From positions 3,392,001 to 3,456,000 of the forward strand of contig OY759599.1 of assembly GCA_963662465.1 (NCBI GenBank): a DNA stretch of 64,000 nt, in the 5' to 3' direction. Every line of letters begins with the position of its first letter. Position 1 is the stretch's first letter. This stretch comes from Desulfatiglandales bacterium (GTDB taxonomy: Bacteria; Desulfobacterota; DSM-4660; Desulfatiglandales; Desulfatiglandaceae). The notes under the pieces were generated by a model. The model was not told the DNA's origin. It did not search any database and saw only the letters and a list, made by a program, of their open reading frames with translations. This document shows positions 59,071-64,000 of the stretch, piece by piece. The position numbers and the translations under genes are program-made.

Positions 59071-60170
59071 GCGTGAACAGAAAAATACTGGTGGTGGACG
59101 ATGAGGATCGCAATCTGCGGTTGATGAAGGCCCTGCTGATCCCCATGGGACACGAGGTTTTGATGGCGCCCGATGGTGAGACGGCGCTTCGAATGATGCA
59201 GACCCATGCACCGGACCTGGTGCTGCTGGATATCATGATGCCGGGCATGGATGGGTTTGAAACGGCCCGAAAGATGAAGGCGGATGATGATGGGAAAATG
59301 ATTCCCATTGTCATGGTCACGGCCCTGTCCGACGTTCAGGACCGGGTGCGCGCGCTTGAGGCGGGCGCCGATGATTTTTTGAGCAAACCGGTGGATAAAA
59401 CCGAACTCAGGGCCCGGGTGGGTTCACTCTTGAAGGTGAAAGCCTATAACGACCACATGCGTCATTACCAGGAGGAACTGGAAGCCGAAGTGGCACGCAA
59501 AACCCAGCGCCTGCGTCAGGCCTATCGGCGTGTGCGGGACGCGTCCCTGGATACTATCTATCGACTCTCCCGAGCCGCTGAGTATAAGGATGAAGATACC
59601 GGCCGGCACCTGCTGCGCATGAGCCATTATGCGGCCGCCGTGGCCCGGCAAATGGGCCTGAGCGATCATGTGGCCCAGTCCATTTTGTATGCCGCTCCCA
59701 TGCACGATGTGGGAAAGATCGGCATTCCGGATCGCGTTTTGTTGAAACCGGGCCGGTTCAATCCGGACGAATGGGAGATTATGAAACAGCATACCGTCAT
59801 CGGGGGCAAAATCCTGGAAGGTTCCAAAACCGGTTTTATTCGCCTGGCGGAAGTGATTGCCCTGACCCACCACGAAAAATGGGATGGCACGGGATATCCC
59901 CTGGGACTCAAAGGGAAACGCATTCCCAAAATCGGACAGATTGTGGCCATCGGGGATGTGTTTGACGCGCTGACATCCAAACGTCCCTACAAGGAGGCCT
60001 TCTCAGTTGAAAAATCCTTGAAAATTCTCGATGAAAGCCGGGGGAACCATTTCAGTCCCCACGTGGTGGATGCATTTATGGCAATCCTGGATGAGATCTT
60101 GACGATCAAGGACCGGTATCAGGAACAGGAGCAAAGCCTTCTGCTGAAAATGACCGGCGGCAAAGCGTGA
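59064..60170 (+). CDS. REC-HD-GYP c-di-GMP phosphodiesterase (RpfG-like)
   Basis: MHDVGKIG, HHEKWDGTGYP, DVFDALTSKRPYK. Confidence 0.93.
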   Translation: MLSVNRKILVVDDEDRNLRLMKALLIPMGHEVLMAPDGETALRMMQTHAPDLVLLDIMMPGMDGFETARKMKADDDGKMIPIVMVTALSDVQDRVRALEAGADDFLSKPVDKTELRARVGSLLKVKAYNDHMRHYQEELEAEVARKTQRLRQAYRRVRDASLDTIYRLSRAAEYKDEDTGRHLLRMSHYAAAVARQMGLSDHVAQSILYAAPMHDVGKIGIPDRVLLKPGRFNPDEWEIMKQHTVIGGKILEGSKTGFIRLAEVIALTHHEKWDGTGYPLGLKGKRIPKIGQIVAIGDVFDALTSKRPYKEAFSVEKSLKILDESRGNHFSPHVVDAFMAILDEILTIKDRYQEQEQSLLLKMTGGKA

Positions 60171-60186
60171 GGTTGGGGGCTTGAAC

Positions 60187-60576
60187 ATGGCAGGCGTGAT
60201 ACTCATTGTGGAAGACGAAGAAAAAAACATGAAGCTGGTGCGGGATTTGCTCCAGTTGCAAGGTTACACGACGCTTGAGGCATGGAACGGAGAAGAGGGC
60301 GTTATGCTGGCGAAGCAGAATAAACCGGATCTGATTATCATGGATATTCATATGCCGATCATGGATGGCATAGCGGCGTCCAGGGAGATCAAACAATCAC
60401 CTGAAACCCACGGCATTCCGATTATCGCCCTGACAGCCTATGCCATGAAAGGTGACCCGGAGCGCATCTCACGGGATGGCAGCTTTGACGACTACATGTC
60501 CAAACCGATCAAGATCAAACAATTTCTGGAAACCGTAGCGGCCTATTTCCCAAAATTCGACAACCCTAAACAATGA
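60187..60576 (+). CDS. Single-domain response regulator (DivK-like)
   Basis: ILIVED, LIIMDI, IALTAYAMKGD, SKPI. Confidence 0.9.
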   Translation: MAGVILIVEDEEKNMKLVRDLLQLQGYTTLEAWNGEEGVMLAKQNKPDLIIMDIHMPIMDGIAASREIKQSPETHGIPIIALTAYAMKGDPERISRDGSFDDYMSKPIKIKQFLETVAAYFPKFDNPKQ

Positions 60577-60587
60577 GGATCATTTAA

Positions 60588-61613
60588 ATGCCGCCAATCA
60601 TACCTGGAAACCTGCTGACCACCGCCATGGCGGTCATGCCCCATACGGATGTAGAACGCGCCCTTGACATGGCGTTGTCACTGGATGTGCCGTTTTGGCC
60701 GCAATTGCCCCATTACAGTTATTATGAAGATATGTACGTGCAGGCGGCCGAACATTTTCCCGGCATTTTGCTGGATATGGAAAAGCGAACCCTGAAGTTT
60801 TCCATGGATAAATTCAATCAGGAACTGGAGGAGACCCTGCTCAGATTTGAGGACCCCGCCTACTTTGACGTGAGCGAGACCTATTCGGTGGTGTATCATC
60901 GGTTCCTGGAACAGGATCTGGCCGACCGGCCCGCAATTCGAGGACAGCTTGAGGGTCCCATCAGTTTCGGGTTCAACGTGCTGGACCAGGATGAGCGCCC
61001 CATCCTGTTTGACGATACGGTTCGACCCTTCATGCTCGACTTCATGGCCAGGCGGATCAATGCGCAGCTGGCCCGGCTCAAAAAGCGCAATGTCAACGCC
61101 TTCATGTTTGTGGATGAACCCGGTCTTCAATTCCTCTTTTCCGCCATGGCGGGCTATGGCGATATCAAAGCCAGGGATGACATGGACTATTTTTTCGCCC
61201 AGGTGAATCGACCCCGAGGAATACATCTGTGCGGAAACCCGGACTGGGACTTTCTGCTCAGAATGGATCTCGATGTACTTTCCCTGGATGTTCATACCAA
61301 TGGCGAAATTTTCGTCTCCTACGCCAAAGCGATTCAAAAATTCCTGGACCGGGGAGGCGTGTTGGTTTGGGGAATGGTTCCAACCGGTTTTGAGGCATTT
61401 GCAGAGGAGGAAATCCCTTCTCTGACAAAACGCCTCGAAGACACCTGGAAGACGCTCTGGTCCAAAGGGATCGATAGGGATCTGCTGATCTCCCAAAGCA
61501 TGCTGTCCCCTGCCACCTGCTGTCTGATCAACCCGGACCGGGAGAAAACGGTCGAGCGCGCATTTGCCGCCGTAAATCAAATGAAGGAGATTTTAAGCCT
61601 GAAGTATCTTTAG
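60588..61613 (+). CDS. Single-barrel MetE-core (folate-independent methionine synthase-like) protein
   Basis: PFWPQLP, VDEPG, Zn ligands IHLCG and SPATCC. Confidence 0.7.
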   Translation: MPPIIPGNLLTTAMAVMPHTDVERALDMALSLDVPFWPQLPHYSYYEDMYVQAAEHFPGILLDMEKRTLKFSMDKFNQELEETLLRFEDPAYFDVSETYSVVYHRFLEQDLADRPAIRGQLEGPISFGFNVLDQDERPILFDDTVRPFMLDFMARRINAQLARLKKRNVNAFMFVDEPGLQFLFSAMAGYGDIKARDDMDYFFAQVNRPRGIHLCGNPDWDFLLRMDLDVLSLDVHTNGEIFVSYAKAIQKFLDRGGVLVWGMVPTGFEAFAEEEIPSLTKRLEDTWKTLWSKGIDRDLLISQSMLSPATCCLINPDREKTVERAFAAVNQMKEILSLKYL

Positions 61614-61758
61614 TATATTCGGTTATTTTTTCGGCCAAGGGATTAAACCCGGTAATCTTCAAATTCCCGTCGACCGTAAAAACCGCAGTGGGAAGGCTAT
61701 CGATGACAAAGCGGTAGAAAGCAAGGTTATGGGAATCTTCGTTATCTCCAGTGGTCAT
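61606..61758 (-). pseudogene. Truncated PAS-domain gene (5' stub)
   Basis: FVIDSLPTAVFTVDGNLKITGFNPLAEKITEY runs into the convergent MetE-like gene. Confidence 0.65.
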
Positions 61759-61800
61759 ATTCGAACCTTCAGGAATATCGTTCATAAAGCTTTTCCTTCC

Positions 61801-62484
61801 CTAGAACGTGTAGATCTCTCTCTTGTTCTCACGAAGATCCACCATATAAAGCAAATCGGTCTTTTGTTTCAGTTCTTCCTTGAGTTGCTGAAATTGAAAC
61901 CGGTCAACCCCATACATGCGGATATAGACTTTGCGATGCCCTTCTCTGGCGCGATCGTATGAAGTCAGGATACTGACCATCCGACCGCCATATCCTCTGA
62001 TAATATCCGACACCTCTTTGATGGACCCAGGCCGGTCCTCCAATTCAAAGGCAAATTGGGTTCCCTTTTTTTTCAGGCCCGTCAATGAGACCAGAGCCCG
62101 GAAAATATCCGCCTTGGTAATCACACCCACTACTTCGCCGTTCCGGCCCACCACCGGAACGCCGGATATCTTTTTCTCCAAAAGAAGTTCGGCGGTCTCT
62201 CCGATGGTGTAATCCGGGGGAACGGTAACGGGGTCTTTGGTCATCAGGTCTTTGACCTTGATATTGCTAATAAGATAGAGAAGCTCATGAACTTCCAACG
62301 TGGTGGCATTGGAAGCCGATGCCTTTTTAAGGTCCCGATCGGTTACGATTCCCACCAGTTTATCTTTTTTCATGACGGGCAGCATGCTGATATGGTGTTC
62401 TTTTAACTTCCGGGTTGCATCCACCATGGAATTGTTTACATCAATGGTCGTAACCCCTTTGCTCATCCAATTTCTGACTAACAT
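61801..62484 (-). CDS. CBS-pair plus ACT protein (AcuB-like)
   Basis: Two CBS domains; EDRPGSI ACT motif; AGGAGG RBS. Confidence 0.9.
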   Translation of the reverse strand: MLVRNWMSKGVTTIDVNNSMVDATRKLKEHHISMLPVMKKDKLVGIVTDRDLKKASASNATTLEVHELLYLISNIKVKDLMTKDPVTVPPDYTIGETAELLLEKKISGVPVVGRNGEVVGVITKADIFRALVSLTGLKKKGTQFAFELEDRPGSIKEVSDIIRGYGGRMVSILTSYDRAREGHRKVYIRMYGVDRFQFQQLKEELKQKTDLLYMVDLRENKREIYTF

Positions 62485-62876
62485 GGTTATTCCTCCTGCT
62501 TAATACTCAAATTTTAAAATTGACCGAAATCTAGCGATATTCCAAAAAACAGGCCCCTCTCTTTTATCATAAATCCAGAAGCATAAAGCGTGCCGCCTGA
62601 GCATAGGTTGAAACAACAAATTATTCGAACCGGCAGCGAAAACGCCACATCCCCAGGCCGAATACGGTGCTTCCCACAGCCAAATCCTTAAAATCGGTCT
62701 TGACATGAGGTCCGCTTCAGGTATATCCAAAAACGGCAAAGGACCCCGCCCCCGGCGACCATTCCCAAACGGACCTTCAAGACGTCACCGCTGCCGAGTG
62801 CTTGAGATTATCGGGCCGGATGTCCCCAGCCCCATCGATAGTATTCAACCAACTTTATTTGAGGTTTCAACAGATT

Positions 62877-64000
62877 ATGGTAAGACGTGAAACAGAAGAA
62901 AACATGTTAAAGGAGGCCCTGATAAAGCGGGAAGAAGAATACCGGCTGCTTGTGGAAAATCAAACGGATTTGCTTGTAAAGACCGATATGGAAGGGAGGT
63001 TGTTATTCGTCAGTCCGTCGTACTGCAAAACCTTCGGTAAGACCGAAGAACAACTGCTGGGACAGAAGTTCATGCCGATGGTCCATGAAGATGACCGGGA
63101 GAAAACGATTAAGGAAATGGAGAAACTATATCACCCTCCCCACACCTGTTACATCGAGCAGCGTGCCCTGACCAAGGATGGCTGGCGCTGGCTGGCCTGG
63201 GCCGACAAAGGGGTCGTTGATGAACAAAAGAAGGTCATTGCCATCGTCGGTGTCGGGAGGGACATTACCAAACGTATGGAGGCAAAAAAACAGCTGGAGC
63301 GATCAGAACACCAGATGAAAGTCAGAAATCAGATTGCCGATATATTTCTTACCTTCCCTGATGAAGAGATCTATGGAGAGGTGTTGAAAGTCCTTTTAAA
63401 AGAGTTTGACAGCGATTACGGACTCTTCGGATACATCACCGAAGATAGAACGCTTGTCATCCCATCCCTCACCAACGACATATGGGATCATTGCAAGGTT
63501 GCGGACAAGAACATCCGTTTCCCCCACGAGGAATGGGGAGGGATTTGGGGCCGGGCACTTACCCGTAAAAAGGCTTATTATTCCAATAGTTCTCACCATG
63601 TGCCTGAAGGGCATATGCCCATATTCAGATCACTGAATGTGCCGATCCTTTCTAAAGGGGAGTGCGTGGGGTTGATGGTCCTGGCCAATAAAAAAACCGA
63701 TTATGATGAAACGGATAAAAAGTTGCTGCAAAGTATTGCTGACTACATAGGGCCGATTCTGAACCTGCGCATTCAGCGCGACGGCGTTAGAAAAGAACGG
63801 AAATCAGTTGCTGATGCGCTCATGGCAGCGAAAGAAAGGTATTATAAGCTCTTTGAAAATGCTCCCGTAGGGATCGGCGTCACCAATTTTGAGGGTCGTT
63901 TGATTGATGCTAACCGGCATTTTCTTGAAATCCTGGGGTATTCACTGGAGGAGCTTAAAGGCATCAACATGCTTGAACTCTATTATGAACCTGAAGCGCG
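62877..64000 (+). CDS. PAS-GAF-PAS sensor protein, runs off the window end
   Basis: Open frame from ATG 62877: YRLLVENQTDLL...VSPSYCKTFG...GVGRDIT, a GAF domain (PEGHMPI) and a second PAS. Not in the track because there is no stop. Confidence 0.85.
   Translation, partial: MVRRETEENMLKEALIKREEEYRLLVENQTDLLVKTDMEGRLLFVSPSYCKTFGKTEEQLLGQKFMPMVHEDDREKTIKEMEKLYHPPHTCYIEQRALTKDGWRWLAWADKGVVDEQKKVIAIVGVGRDITKRMEAKKQLERSEHQMKVRNQIADIFLTFPDEEIYGEVLKVLLKEFDSDYGLFGYITEDRTLVIPSLTNDIWDHCKVADKNIRFPHEEWGGIWGRALTRKKAYYSNSSHHVPEGHMPIFRSLNVPILSKGECVGLMVLANKKTDYDETDKKLLQSIADYIGPILNLRIQRDGVRKERKSVADALMAAKERYYKLFENAPVGIGVTNFEGRLIDANRHFLEILGYSLEELKGINMLELYYEPEA

Overview
A 64 kb accessory-rich stretch of an anaerobic deltaproteobacterial-type chromosome. 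The lineage (Desulfobacterota-like) is inferred from gene content: many PAS/GAF hybrid kinases, FmdE, a flavodiiron protein and a Sec-encoding ArsM. From left to right the window holds: a PIN toxin tail, DUF2780, tatA, rtcB, an IS200-like element, an AAA_14/DUF4143 ATPase and two large sensor kinases; a ColRS-like two-component system inside an RND efflux operon, with two matching operator arrays; a decayed mobile-DNA zone (21-32.6 kb) containing toxin-antitoxin pairs, an IS630 remnant, two attC sites, one complete BrnTA integron cassette without integrase, and an ars/metal cluster whose ArsM has an in-frame UGA plus a SECIS-like hairpin; a second RND operon; glyoxalase, hemerythrin and fprA genes with NnrR-type boxes; a CPA2 antiporter split by a 4.7 kb IS21-family element with non-canonical CT...AG ends and four passenger genes (Zn-finger, HTH-like, ParB-like, small DNA-binding); a sigma54 activator, an NnrR-like Crp/Fnr regulator, a phosphorelay/HD-GYP cluster, a MetE-core enzyme, a CBS-ACT protein and a partial PAS/GAF gene. 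Four copies of a 155-bp MITE with ISL3-like ends, each carrying a REP doublet, are scattered through the window. No rRNA, tRNA or CRISPR array was seen. All family assignments are from motif recognition by eye, not database searches.
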